Virus record (IMG/VR): IMGVR_UViG_3300032309_001794
DNA from: an uncultured virus (IMG/VR IMGVR_UViG_3300032309_001794)
Lineage: Duplodnaviria; Heunggongvirae; Uroviricota; Caudoviricetes
DNA length: 64,000 nt
Direction: 5' to 3' (one strand)
In this document: one piece after another, positions 54,599 to 63,076 of the stretch
Layout of the letters: every line of letters starts with the position of its first letter
Numbering within the stretch: position 1 is the stretch's first letter
Program-made: the position numbers and the translations under genes
Notes under the pieces: model-generated
What the model saw: only the letters and a program-made list of their open reading frames with translations
Databases searched by the model: none
What the model was told of the DNA's origin: nothing

Positions 54599-54741
54599 AA
54601 AAAAATAAGAAAGCAATTAAACGGGTACGTAAACTGCACTACCCAATGAGTTGGGCTACTCACAGCACTAATGAAGTATGCTCGGAATGTAAAGTTCCTT
54701 ACCCTTGTAAAACAATTACAGCAATAAATGGTGAACAATAG
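54595..54741 (+). CDS. Small H-CxxC-YPC zinc-binding protein (48 aa), not in ORF track
   Basis: GGAG RBS, ATGA overlap; KRVRKLH..CSECKVPYPCKTITAINGEQ. Confidence 0.65.
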   Translation: MKKNKKAIKRVRKLHYPMSWATHSTNEVCSECKVPYPCKTITAINGEQ

Positions 54742-55121
54742 TGGCTAGGTCAGAAGGCCAAATACAATCTCAAAAACATGAAAAACGTTTAGAGAAAGCT
54801 TTAGGCGGCAAACGCACAGCCGCTTCTGGTGCTTTTTGGTCACGTAAGGGAGATGTAAGGACTAATGATCTTTTGATTGAACATAAATGGACAGGAAAAA
54901 AATCCTTTTCAGTTAAGTCAGATGTACTTGAAAAGATTGTTACTGAGGCTATCTTAGATGGACGTACTCCAGTTCTTGGCGTACACCTCAACGGGGAAGA
55001 CTACGTGCTCTTGACGGAATACGATTTTATCGAACTCCGTAACTATAGAATTGAGCATGAATGCGATACGACGACGACCCCGAGTGGACTTGGCGATACG
55101 ACGCCAAATGCCGAGGGGTAG
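54741..55121 (+). CDS. PD-(D/E)XK nuclease, Holliday-junction-resolvase-like
   Basis: E.RL..SGA..KGDV....LIEHK. Confidence 0.75.
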   Translation: MARSEGQIQSQKHEKRLEKALGGKRTAASGAFWSRKGDVRTNDLLIEHKWTGKKSFSVKSDVLEKIVTEAILDGRTPVLGVHLNGEDYVLLTEYDFIELRNYRIEHECDTTTTPSGLGDTTPNAEG

Positions 55122-55429
55122 ATACAGAGATCTTTTTTCCACCCAGGGATAAAGACCTATACGCACCAATAGCAGATAAAGCTAAAGCTATATGCCTTGG
55201 CACTGATGGAGCACCAGCTTGTCCAGTAAGACGAGAATGTCTTGTTGACGCCATAGAACGTGAAGAACTTCACGGCATTTGGGGCGGGTTGTCACATCGT
55301 GAAAGAAATGCTATGGTTCGTAAATATACCAATGCCGGACTGACACTAGATGAATGGTTAGATAAATCAAATGCCTTCAAAACCACAAAAAATATCCAGC
55401 AAAAACCTAAAGGCTTTTCTGGACGCTAA
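55061..55429 (+). CDS. whiB: WhiB family transcription factor (second copy)
   Basis: AKCRG.D.EIFFP, AKAIC-x8-CPVRREC, GIWGGLS.RER. Confidence 0.9.
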   Translation: MRYDDDPEWTWRYDAKCRGVDTEIFFPPRDKDLYAPIADKAKAICLGTDGAPACPVRRECLVDAIEREELHGIWGGLSHRERNAMVRKYTNAGLTLDEWLDKSNAFKTTKNIQQKPKGFSGR

Positions 55430-56234
55430 TAAGCGGATAACTCGTTTAACGGGGCCATTAGAACGTCATATATTGACTAGGCCATTAGAGTTTAGAGATC
55501 AATCTTATTTGCATCCTAGTGACCTTATTAAGTCTGAATGGTGTGCGTTGCACGCTTACCATGCTTTAACTGGTAATTATGTTGCTACTCAAGATAAACC
55601 AACTTTACGTATGCAATCTATTTTTGATGAAGGCCATGCCATCCATGCTAAGTGGCAAAACTGGATTGCAGACATGGGCAACCTATACGGCGTATGGGAA
55701 AAAAATGATGAACGTTCTTGGGGCATAAGCATTTCCAACGCTAAGTATCGTGAAGTTCCGTTAGAGAGCAAAAAGCACATGATCCGCGGCCATGCAGATG
55801 GCTGGGTAAAGGGTCTTGATGAAGATTTCCTCATTGAAATAAAATCAATGGGGGCTGGCACAATTCGCATGGAGGCTCCAAGTCTTCTTGTCGGTGCCAA
55901 TGGTGACCTGGAAACTGCTTGGAGGGCAATCAAACAGCCTTTCAGGTCACACATGCTTCAGGGGCAAATGTATTTGCATTTGTCTCATTTAATGGTTGAA
56001 GAAGGCCTGTTTGAATCAGCTCCAGATGAAATTGTTTTTATCTATGAGTTAAAGGCTAACCAAGATTATAAAGAGTTCTGCGTTAAATACGACCCAGAGT
56101 ATGTCACAGAAATATTTGAGAATGCTCTTGACGTTGTATGGGCTGTAGAGAACCAACGCCCACCTGCATGTAATATAGATCCAGTAAACGGTTGTAAGCG
56201 TTGCTCAACATTAAGGGAGGTTACAAATGTCTAA
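55371..56234 (+). CDS. Cas4-like / PD-(D/E)XK exonuclease
   Basis: HPSD..WC, GHAIH, GHADG..IEIKS, Q.Q.Y, C-terminal C..CKRC. Confidence 0.8.
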   Translation: MPSKPQKISSKNLKAFLDANKRITRLTGPLERHILTRPLEFRDQSYLHPSDLIKSEWCALHAYHALTGNYVATQDKPTLRMQSIFDEGHAIHAKWQNWIADMGNLYGVWEKNDERSWGISISNAKYREVPLESKKHMIRGHADGWVKGLDEDFLIEIKSMGAGTIRMEAPSLLVGANGDLETAWRAIKQPFRSHMLQGQMYLHLSHLMVEEGLFESAPDEIVFIYELKANQDYKEFCVKYDPEYVTEIFENALDVVWAVENQRPPACNIDPVNGCKRCSTLREVTNV

Positions 56235-56706
56235 TAGTTTAAAAGCTATTGATGCATTAAGCACAAAAGGATTTATTATCCCGTCTAAACCAACATATGA
56301 AATTCCAGCACTTCCTAGGGACATCACAGATTTAAATGACGATGATCTTATGGAACTATTTGTAGAGTTAACCAGTTGGAATGATTACGTAGCTCCACAA
56401 CTTGCGGTAGCAGCTATTGACGAGCGTGAGGCTGACCGCTACGTATCTGTGCTAGAAGCTACGGCTATGGTCAACCATTGGAAAGGCGCTTCGGGAGAAC
56501 GTGTTACCATTGCCAAAGCAAATATTGTTATAGATCCAAAAGTAATTGAAGCAAAAGAAGAGTTAGATTCTAAATATGCTTACCGTAAACTTATTGAGAC
56601 TTTGCTACAAAACTTAGAAAGGGATACTGCATTGGTATCTCGTGAGCTTACCCGTCGCACTTCTAACAGTGGTGTTACTGCTCGTGCAAGGAAGTACACA
56701 GCATGA
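56227..56706 (+). CDS. Hypothetical helical protein
   Basis: GGAGG RBS; ends SRELTRR; recombination cluster. Confidence 0.65.
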   Translation: MSNSLKAIDALSTKGFIIPSKPTYEIPALPRDITDLNDDDLMELFVELTSWNDYVAPQLAVAAIDEREADRYVSVLEATAMVNHWKGASGERVTIAKANIVIDPKVIEAKEELDSKYAYRKLIETLLQNLERDTALVSRELTRRTSNSGVTARARKYTA

Positions 56707-56978
56707 GCATTTTAGAAGAAGCAAATTCTTTAGTTAACGGTGCACGTCAGGACTATTACGATCATCCTTTAGATAACTTCACCCGTATTGCAAAAATATG
56801 GTCAGTAATTTTAGATAAAGAGATTACCCCAGAACAAGTTGGTTTATGCATGGTTGGAATGAAAGTTGCACGCGAAGCCTTTACGCATAAAAGGGATAAC
56901 CTTGTAGATGGGGCCGGATACTTTTACACCATAGAGTTAGCTATGGAAGAAGCAGAGCGTCGTGGCAGCAAATCCTAA
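56703..56978 (+). CDS. DUF6378-like protein
   Basis: ILEEA..LVNG.RQ..Y..P.DNF.RIA.IW..MK.AR...DNLVDGAGY. Confidence 0.75.
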   Translation: MSILEEANSLVNGARQDYYDHPLDNFTRIAKIWSVILDKEITPEQVGLCMVGMKVAREAFTHKRDNLVDGAGYFYTIELAMEEAERRGSKS

Positions 56979-57513
56979 AGTATTTAATGGCGGCCTTAAA
57001 GAAGGATCTGAATGCTTTGTAGGTATTGATCAATCATTAACAGGTTTTGCCGTAACTTTTTTAGGGTTAGACGATAAGTACCTTACTCTTGTCTACAAAG
57101 GAGAAGGAACAGGTATTAAACGCCTTGTAGATATTTATGTGTGGCTAAGTACGACTATATATAAGTACAAAGTTTTAGACGTAGCAATGGAAGCTCCGGT
57201 TAAAATGTCTCATTCCGCAATAATTTCAGGTGAACTATTTGGTCTTGTTCGTCTTTGCTTATACGACCAAGGTCCTTTATTTCCTTTACAAGTACCCCCA
57301 ACAATGTTAAAAAAATATGTAACAAGTAAGGGAACAGGGGTACAAAAAAACCAAATGTTACTACAAGTTTATAAAAAATGGGGAGTTGAGTTTAATGACG
57401 ACAATGGAGCAGATTCTTATGGTCTTGCTCGCATTGCCCGTGGAACTGATGTATTAGCATACGAAATAGAAATATTAGAAAAGTTAAAAGACCCTAAATT
57501 TAGGGATAGTTAG
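56962..57513 (+). CDS. RuvC-like Holliday junction resolvase
   Basis: VGIDQSLTG, VAME, VPP..LKKYVT.KG...K, DDN.ADS. Confidence 0.82.
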   Translation: MAANPKVFNGGLKEGSECFVGIDQSLTGFAVTFLGLDDKYLTLVYKGEGTGIKRLVDIYVWLSTTIYKYKVLDVAMEAPVKMSHSAIISGELFGLVRLCLYDQGPLFPLQVPPTMLKKYVTSKGTGVQKNQMLLQVYKKWGVEFNDDNGADSYGLARIARGTDVLAYEIEILEKLKDPKFRDS

Positions 57514-57590
57514 AGCACTTTATACTTACATATTGATATAGAGTCTTCTTGAGGGCGCTCATATAACATCGAACAAAAGGAACACTAATC

Positions 57591-57869
57591 GTGAGCGAAA
57601 TAACAGAAGATAAGTACCTTCGGGTAAGTGGGGGTTCAAACGCCCAAGCCGTAGGTTCAGCAATTGCCCATGCACTATACGAAAATCCTACGGTAAAAAT
57701 ACGTGCGGTAGGTGCATCAGCCGTAAATCAGGCTGTAAAAGCTATCGCTATTGCTAGAGGGTATGTGGCCCCAAGAGGGCTAGATCTTGTCTGTAAGCCA
57801 GGCTTTACCAGCGTGGAGTCCAGAGAAGGTACAATTTCAGCTATTGTATTCACTATTACTGCGAGTTAA
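57591..57869 (+). CDS. spoVS: SpoVS (stage V sporulation protein S) family protein
   Basis: LRVS..S....V..AIA..IRAVGASAVNQAVKAIAIARGYVAP.G.DL...P.F. Confidence 0.92.
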   Translation: MSEITEDKYLRVSGGSNAQAVGSAIAHALYENPTVKIRAVGASAVNQAVKAIAIARGYVAPRGLDLVCKPGFTSVESREGTISAIVFTITAS

Positions 57870-57900
57870 TGCTGATTAATTCTTGTAGAAAGCGTACCGT
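57865..57900 (+). promoter_or_regulatory. Putative late promoter, copy 7
   Basis: GTTAAtgctGAT-N18-TACCGT. Confidence 0.5.
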
Positions 57901-57935
57901 TTTCTATAGAACTCTATTTTAGAATGAGGTAAAAA

Positions 57936-58322
57936 GTGGCTAATTCTTCCGAGAATGTAGACGAAGCTTTGGCTGGCATGGCCAAGACAGGCGCACCACG
58001 CGTTCCTATGGGTACATCGGCAATTGAGGGTGCAAATTACCCTTCAGCTACTGAAACCGGCCGTGCAACGCTAATGCCCCGCAAAAACACACAAGCAGGA
58101 GATCCATACGCTGGACCTACTAATAGGCCTGCTAACGTACTGTCGCCAAGTGTAGGCACAGGACCAGAACGCAATGGCGCACGTTATGCGGTTGCAGTTA
58201 ATACTGTAATTCCAACGGCTCCTGAAGCGGGAGCAACCCAGTCTAGTGGTCGTATCGTAAAGCCTTCGGTTAATCGTAGCCGCAAGGTATTTGACGACGG
58301 CATGGGTTCGTCGTATATTTAA
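57936..58322 (+). CDS. Hypothetical, probably disordered protein
   Basis: GAGG RBS; own promoter motif and downstream hairpin; G/A/P/T-rich. Confidence 0.65.
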   Translation: MANSSENVDEALAGMAKTGAPRVPMGTSAIEGANYPSATETGRATLMPRKNTQAGDPYAGPTNRPANVLSPSVGTGPERNGARYAVAVNTVIPTAPEAGATQSSGRIVKPSVNRSRKVFDDGMGSSYI

Positions 58323-58351
58323 GTCATAACTAAATAACAACTTAATATAGC

Positions 58352-58373
58352 GAGTGGCCCTTCGGGGCCACTC
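58352..58373 (+). terminator. UUCG hairpin (terminator or stabiliser)
   Basis: GAGTGGCCC-TTCG-GGGCCACTC, perfect 9-bp stem. Confidence 0.7.
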
Positions 58374-58405
58374 TACAATTCGGGATAACTAATTGGAGAA
58401 TAAGT

Positions 58406-58645
58406 ATGTTGGCTGACGCCTTAAATAATTTTAAACAAACACGCGATTCCGCCATAAGGCGTTGTATAGTTGGTGATTGGTCTACTACCCTTAGCGAAGA
58501 AGACCAAGGATTGCTAGTAGAAGCTTTAGCAGATTACACGATTTCTAATCGTCAGCTTCTTAAAATCTTACGTGATGCTGGGGCTTCATATAGTCTTGAA
58601 GCTATTCGTAAGCACCGTAACCAGGAGTGCCCATGTCTAGTTTAG
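58406..58645 (+). CDS. Small HTH-like protein with Cys/His motif
   Basis: GGAG RBS; C..IRKHR..CPC. Confidence 0.6.
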   Translation: MLADALNNFKQTRDSAIRRCIVGDWSTTLSEEDQGLLVEALADYTISNRQLLKILRDAGASYSLEAIRKHRNQECPCLV

Positions 58646-59640
58646 GTAGCGAGTTAAATAAACTTCGCCAGCAGTTACAGTATGACGGCCCTGAATGGCC
58701 TGTAGTACAGCCTGCAAAACCTATAGTTATTAAACAACCTGTTAAGCCAAAGAAAACACCTTCATTAATTAGCGGTTGGAAAACGGCAATAATTTTGCCA
58801 GACCCACAGATTGGTTTTCGCCAGTTAGAGGACACGGGTTTAGATCCTTTTCATGATGAAGACGCTATGTCTGTGGCTTTACAAATTGTCAATGCTGAAC
58901 AGCATGACGGTGGAGTACACCAAGTAGTAAACCTTGGCGATTACATTGATCTTCCAGCGCAAGGAAAGTATGAGCAGGAAGCGTCGTTTGCGTTTACTAC
59001 TCAACATGCTATTGACCGTGGCAGTTTGTTTGCCGCTGAACAACGTGCTGCAGCGCCAGATGCAAAAATTATTATTCTTGAGGGTAATCACGACCGCCGT
59101 ATGCAAAAGTTTGTGCAAGCTAACGCACTTTCTGCTTTTGGTTTACGTCGTGCCAATACCCCAACTTCTTGGCCGGTAATGTCTATGCCTTACCTTCTTC
59201 GGCTAGAAGACTTTAATGTTGACTACATTGATGCTTATCCGGCAGGAATGTGGTGGATTAACGACAAACTTCGTGCGATCCACGGAGATAAAGTTAATTC
59301 AGGCGGATCAACGGCTATGAAATATACCAATGAGATGCCTCATATTTCCACAGTGTTTGGTCACATACACCGTCAAGAAATTCAATCAAAGACTACATTT
59401 GACCGCGAAGGCAAGATTAAAGCTATGGCTATTAGTCCAGGATGCCTTTGCCGTATAGATGGCCACGTTCCTAGCGTTAAAGGATCTGTAGACTCAAAAG
59501 GCGTTCCAGTTACTTATTGGGAAAATTGGCAGCAAGGTATTGCAGTCATTCGCTACAAAGATGAAGGCTCATTCCATGTAGATCTAGTTCACATTGATGA
59601 TGGTAAGACGCTTTATAAAGGTCAAGAATTTAAAGCTTAG
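58633..59640 (+). CDS. Calcineurin-like metallophosphoesterase
   Basis: DPQIG, LGDYID, GNHD, HGD, GHIH motifs. Confidence 0.88.
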   Translation: MSSLGSELNKLRQQLQYDGPEWPVVQPAKPIVIKQPVKPKKTPSLISGWKTAIILPDPQIGFRQLEDTGLDPFHDEDAMSVALQIVNAEQHDGGVHQVVNLGDYIDLPAQGKYEQEASFAFTTQHAIDRGSLFAAEQRAAAPDAKIIILEGNHDRRMQKFVQANALSAFGLRRANTPTSWPVMSMPYLLRLEDFNVDYIDAYPAGMWWINDKLRAIHGDKVNSGGSTAMKYTNEMPHISTVFGHIHRQEIQSKTTFDREGKIKAMAISPGCLCRIDGHVPSVKGSVDSKGVPVTYWENWQQGIAVIRYKDEGSFHVDLVHIDDGKTLYKGQEFKA

Positions 59641-59652
59641 TTGCACCGAATA

Positions 59653-59686
59653 CCAGAGGGCTCACCAGAAATGGTGGGCCCTTTGG
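59653..59686 (+). terminator. GAAA-tetraloop hairpin (terminator)
   Basis: CCAGAGGGCTCACCA-GAAA-TGGTGGGCCCTTTGG. Confidence 0.7.
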
Positions 59687-59722
59687 CATTACATCTACAA
59701 ATAAATAAAGGAAAATGAGAAA

Positions 59723-59959
59723 ATGAGTGACAATACTTTTGGCCCAGTTGCAAAATACGGCAGATCTCCAGAAAACGAGATTGCTTCCGTAGAGTCATTG
59801 TCTCAGATGCACAAAATCATGCATGGGGCTAAAACAGGGTCAGGCTACACGCCATCAAAAGCTGAAGAGTTTATTACAGGAAGAACCGGAGAACCTGCGG
59901 TAGATGACATGGGGTTCTGTAACTTGTGCAATAAGCATACAATTGCGGGAGATAAGTAA
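59723..59959 (+). CDS. Hypothetical protein
   Basis: AAGGA RBS; TAATG coupling. Confidence 0.55.
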   Translation: MSDNTFGPVAKYGRSPENEIASVESLSQMHKIMHGAKTGSGYTPSKAEEFITGRTGEPAVDDMGFCNLCNKHTIAGDK

Positions 59960-60489
59960 TGCCTGGTACACATCAAAACTGGCAATACCTGGGTGGTAAC
60001 GGTTTTATTGGCTCTTACACCACCACAGGTGGCGGTGGCACGCCTGTAACTGGTCGAAGTGAAATGGACTTTGCTCGTTTAGGTGTAGGTAAGACTCCTT
60101 CCGCTGAGTACCCAGATGGATACCTAGGAACTATTCGTTCTCGTCGTGATGACCGAGGTAACGGAACTGACACTGTTGTAGATTCTCTTAAAAATCGCCA
60201 AAATCAAAGAGCTTATCAACGAGGTGTGCACAAAGGTGAGCGTATTGATCCGGGCGAATATTACTGGCCTGAAGGTATGAATCCTGACAGAAGATTAAAG
60301 GTTAAAGCCAAAGCTATCGATAATGATGGAGCTATTAACTTGATGGTTACTCGCTACGCCCCACAAACACAGCTAGCGCCAGCACCTCACCTTGTTAATG
60401 ATGGTAAGGCAAACATTCGTGCCAATGATCCAGCTGAAGTAAATAAGTACAGGGCTCAATCCCTACAACATCTAAAGCCTACGTGGTAA
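59959..60489 (+). CDS. Hypothetical G/R-rich protein
   Basis: EYPDGYLGTIRSRRDDR and YQRGVHKGERIDP segments. Confidence 0.65.
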   Translation: MPGTHQNWQYLGGNGFIGSYTTTGGGGTPVTGRSEMDFARLGVGKTPSAEYPDGYLGTIRSRRDDRGNGTDTVVDSLKNRQNQRAYQRGVHKGERIDPGEYYWPEGMNPDRRLKVKAKAIDNDGAINLMVTRYAPQTQLAPAPHLVNDGKANIRANDPAEVNKYRAQSLQHLKPTW

Positions 60490-60492
60490 ATC

Positions 60493-60834
60493 ATGAATTC
60501 AGCAGATAGCCGGTATAACCGGAGACCCTGGAATGAAGACAACAGAGGTCCTCGATATGACTACATGGGGCCTTATTCAGACAAGCAAGAGCAACTCACA
60601 TCACAAGCTCTAGCAGCTAACACTGTGCCTGGAGAGTTCTTAGCGGACATAGTTAGACCACCCCTGCCACAAATACAATTATTTAGGTCTCGTTTTGGGT
60701 ATAGAACACGAGAATTAGGTATTTCTGACATCATGGATGTAGATGATATCTACGCAGAGCCGCGCACAGAATTAGGCGGAGCTGCCGGATTCTCCGGAAC
60801 TAGCAGAAATACCTCCGGCAACGCCGCGTGGTAA
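60493..60834 (+). CDS. Hypothetical protein
   Basis: 113-aa coupled ORF. Confidence 0.6.
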   Translation: MNSADSRYNRRPWNEDNRGPRYDYMGPYSDKQEQLTSQALAANTVPGEFLADIVRPPLPQIQLFRSRFGYRTRELGISDIMDVDDIYAEPRTELGGAAGFSGTSRNTSGNAAW

Positions 60835-60849
60835 CTAAGAGGATTAATA

Positions 60850-61332
60850 ATGGCTAACGCAGACAAAAACACAAACCTTGAAGCTCATGTTAATGAAGAA
60901 GTTGCTAGCAGACGGGCAGCAGGAAATTGCCCAAGTTGTAATGCTCAACTAGGGCGAGAGGGAGATTGCCCAATTCATGGGACTAACCTTAATAATATCA
61001 GCAGCACTAGGTCAAATTTTAATGTAAGTAGTGATTACGCAGCTACTGGACGTCTTGGACCTAACTCTACTCTTGGTGATTTTCGTCATTTTGCTTCATT
61101 TAACGATGGAGTTATACATGCACAAGATAAGACTTGTCCTTGGAGTATTTGCAGCCCAGAAAAAATTGATCACAAAGACCGTGTAATAGTTCATTGGGAT
61201 GCAAGAGACCCTGAGCAAAAAAACCCAAGTCATCGTCGTTTTTCTCCAAAGCTTATGGTAAGAACTCATCGTTCTTCCGGTATTTTCCGCTCATCAGATA
61301 ACATTAGAGAAGAAACTCAGACGCCACTATGA
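60850..61332 (+). CDS. Hypothetical protein with Cys/His clusters
   Basis: GAGGA RBS; CPSC..CPIHG, CPWSIC. Confidence 0.6.
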   Translation: MANADKNTNLEAHVNEEVASRRAAGNCPSCNAQLGREGDCPIHGTNLNNISSTRSNFNVSSDYAATGRLGPNSTLGDFRHFASFNDGVIHAQDKTCPWSICSPEKIDHKDRVIVHWDARDPEQKNPSHRRFSPKLMVRTHRSSGIFRSSDNIREETQTPL

Positions 61333-61487
61333 TGAGTAATGAGACAATTTACAATAGTTCTGATGACTGCAAGCTATGCGGATCATTAGTAAACCCTGTG
61401 GAAAAATTATTTGCAATAGACGATAATCTATGCCCAGACTGCAGACATGTAGAGGCTGGAAAAAGAGTTAAGAGAGCAATGGCATGA
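61329..61487 (+). CDS. Small Cys4 zinc-finger protein (52 aa), not in ORF track
   Basis: ATGA overlaps at both ends; CKLCG..NPVE..LCPDC. Confidence 0.6.
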   Translation: MMSNETIYNSSDDCKLCGSLVNPVEKLFAIDDNLCPDCRHVEAGKRVKRAMA

Positions 61488-62635
61488 TTAATAGTGAAGA
61501 TCAATTTGAAGAATCAAAGTGCGAACTTTGCGGCAAGGTAAAGTCTCCTGACCATACTCATGAGTTTGATAGCCCTGCTCAACAAAAAAGATATGCGCGA
61601 GTTACTGCAACACGTCCAGTAAATCCAGAGGTTTCAACTGCAAATCCTGTAGATTACGCTAGAGAACGAATGCTTGAACAAACTGCAGATCCAGCAGAAG
61701 CAGCTAGAACTCTTGGAAGAATTGCTCAAACTGAATCTACTTCACAAAAAACTGGGTACGACCCAAGAACAGGTAGATCAACATTAGCTAGTGGTTTGCG
61801 TGAGCTTAGAGGCGGAACATTTAACGGCGGCATGAGCACAAGTGCCTCAGCTCATGTTGCAGGCCTGGGATCCTCACTTAAAAGTCATCCAGCTTACGCA
61901 GCTTTTCACAAAGTCCATGTAACTCTTAAAGACCATAGTCAAGTTCCTACTGCATCTGTCATTGGTGGGGGAGAACAAAGCAGCCGCATTATTCCTAGAG
62001 CTTTAGGAAGATTCCACATTGGTGCTGTAGAACCAGGTAGTCAAGATGGAGTATCAGGCATCCATGTAAACGGGACGTTCTACCCAGATGACAAAGTACA
62101 TAGTGTTGATTATGTAAAAGACGCTGGAGCTCCTAAGAAAACAACGGCAAACGGACAAGAAGACATGTCTCTTGATGAACAAAGGGAATGGTACGACAAG
62201 TCTGAGCAATCAGTTAAAGATAGACTTTCTTACGAATTAGAAGCAACGCAAAAACTTGAAAACCGTAAACCAGATATTGTTTCTAGGCGCGTTGAGGACG
62301 CTTCAAGAGCCTCACAACGAGCAAAAGAAAAATCTGCTTTGGTAGATAAACTTGGAGAAGAAGGAGCGGCAGAAGCTGAAGGAAAAGCTGCTCACATTAA
62401 TAGAATTTATGAAGCGGCTAAACTCCATGGAATAAGCATTCCTCAGCCTGATATAAATTCTCCAACTCTTGAAGTAAGAGCACAACGTGCAGGCCTTAAA
62501 GACGAACATCTTGCAGCGTATGATTCTCTTATTAAACAAAGAACATCTAGTGGTTACAGTGGGTACATTCCTACACAGCCAGAAAAACTTTGGTTTACAA
62601 CCGACCCCCTACCCTATCAAAAGAAGGATATATAA
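61484..62635 (+). CDS. Hypothetical protein
   Basis: 383-aa ORF. Confidence 0.65.
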   Translation: MINSEDQFEESKCELCGKVKSPDHTHEFDSPAQQKRYARVTATRPVNPEVSTANPVDYARERMLEQTADPAEAARTLGRIAQTESTSQKTGYDPRTGRSTLASGLRELRGGTFNGGMSTSASAHVAGLGSSLKSHPAYAAFHKVHVTLKDHSQVPTASVIGGGEQSSRIIPRALGRFHIGAVEPGSQDGVSGIHVNGTFYPDDKVHSVDYVKDAGAPKKTTANGQEDMSLDEQREWYDKSEQSVKDRLSYELEATQKLENRKPDIVSRRVEDASRASQRAKEKSALVDKLGEEGAAEAEGKAAHINRIYEAAKLHGISIPQPDINSPTLEVRAQRAGLKDEHLAAYDSLIKQRTSSGYSGYIPTQPEKLWFTTDPLPYQKKDI

Positions 62636-62636
62636 A

Positions 62637-62930
62637 ATGACAGTTAACAACTCTAGATCTCAAAATGAGTCTATGAATGAAGGCGCAACAGATGGTAAGT
62701 ACCGCAAGGTTCGCCCAAATACAACTGTTGCACCAGGTCTTGGCGACGAAATAGTTCGTGCTAACCGTAATGATCTACACCCATTCAACAACTATGGTTT
62801 TATTGATGTTGAAGAAAAAGACAAGGTATCTCCTGGAAGTACCAAAGTCAAAGGTAATAGCACCGCTCGTGCGTATGCATCTGCGACTGCTTACATGAGA
62901 AATTACATGACAAACGATCAAGATCAGTAA
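62637..62930 (+). CDS. Hypothetical protein
   Basis: AAGGA RBS before ATG 62637; MTVNNSRSQNESMNEGATDGKYRKVRP. Confidence 0.65.
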   Translation: MTVNNSRSQNESMNEGATDGKYRKVRPNTTVAPGLGDEIVRANRNDLHPFNNYGFIDVEEKDKVSPGSTKVKGNSTARAYASATAYMRNYMTNDQDQ

Positions 62931-63076
62931 TGCTTTACGAAGATGAGTTAGATGAGGGCCTATCTCATCAACAAAGAATGCTCAAAGAGCTTCACCTTAG
63001 ACGTAGTGAAGATGAACTATACGCTTTGTTAGATGAAGCGTTAAAACGACAGGATTTAGAGAGAGATGGACAATAG
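62930..63076 (+). CDS. Hypothetical protein (48 aa), not in ORF track
   Basis: TAATG coupling; MLYEDELDEGLSHQQRMLKEL.. Confidence 0.5.
   Translation: MLYEDELDEGLSHQQRMLKELHLRRSEDELYALLDEALKRQDLERDGQ

Noticed and set aside
55371..56234. Cas4-like gene as part of a CRISPR system
   Set aside because: No repeat-spacer array or other cas genes seen; solo Cas4-like nucleases are common in phage recombination modules
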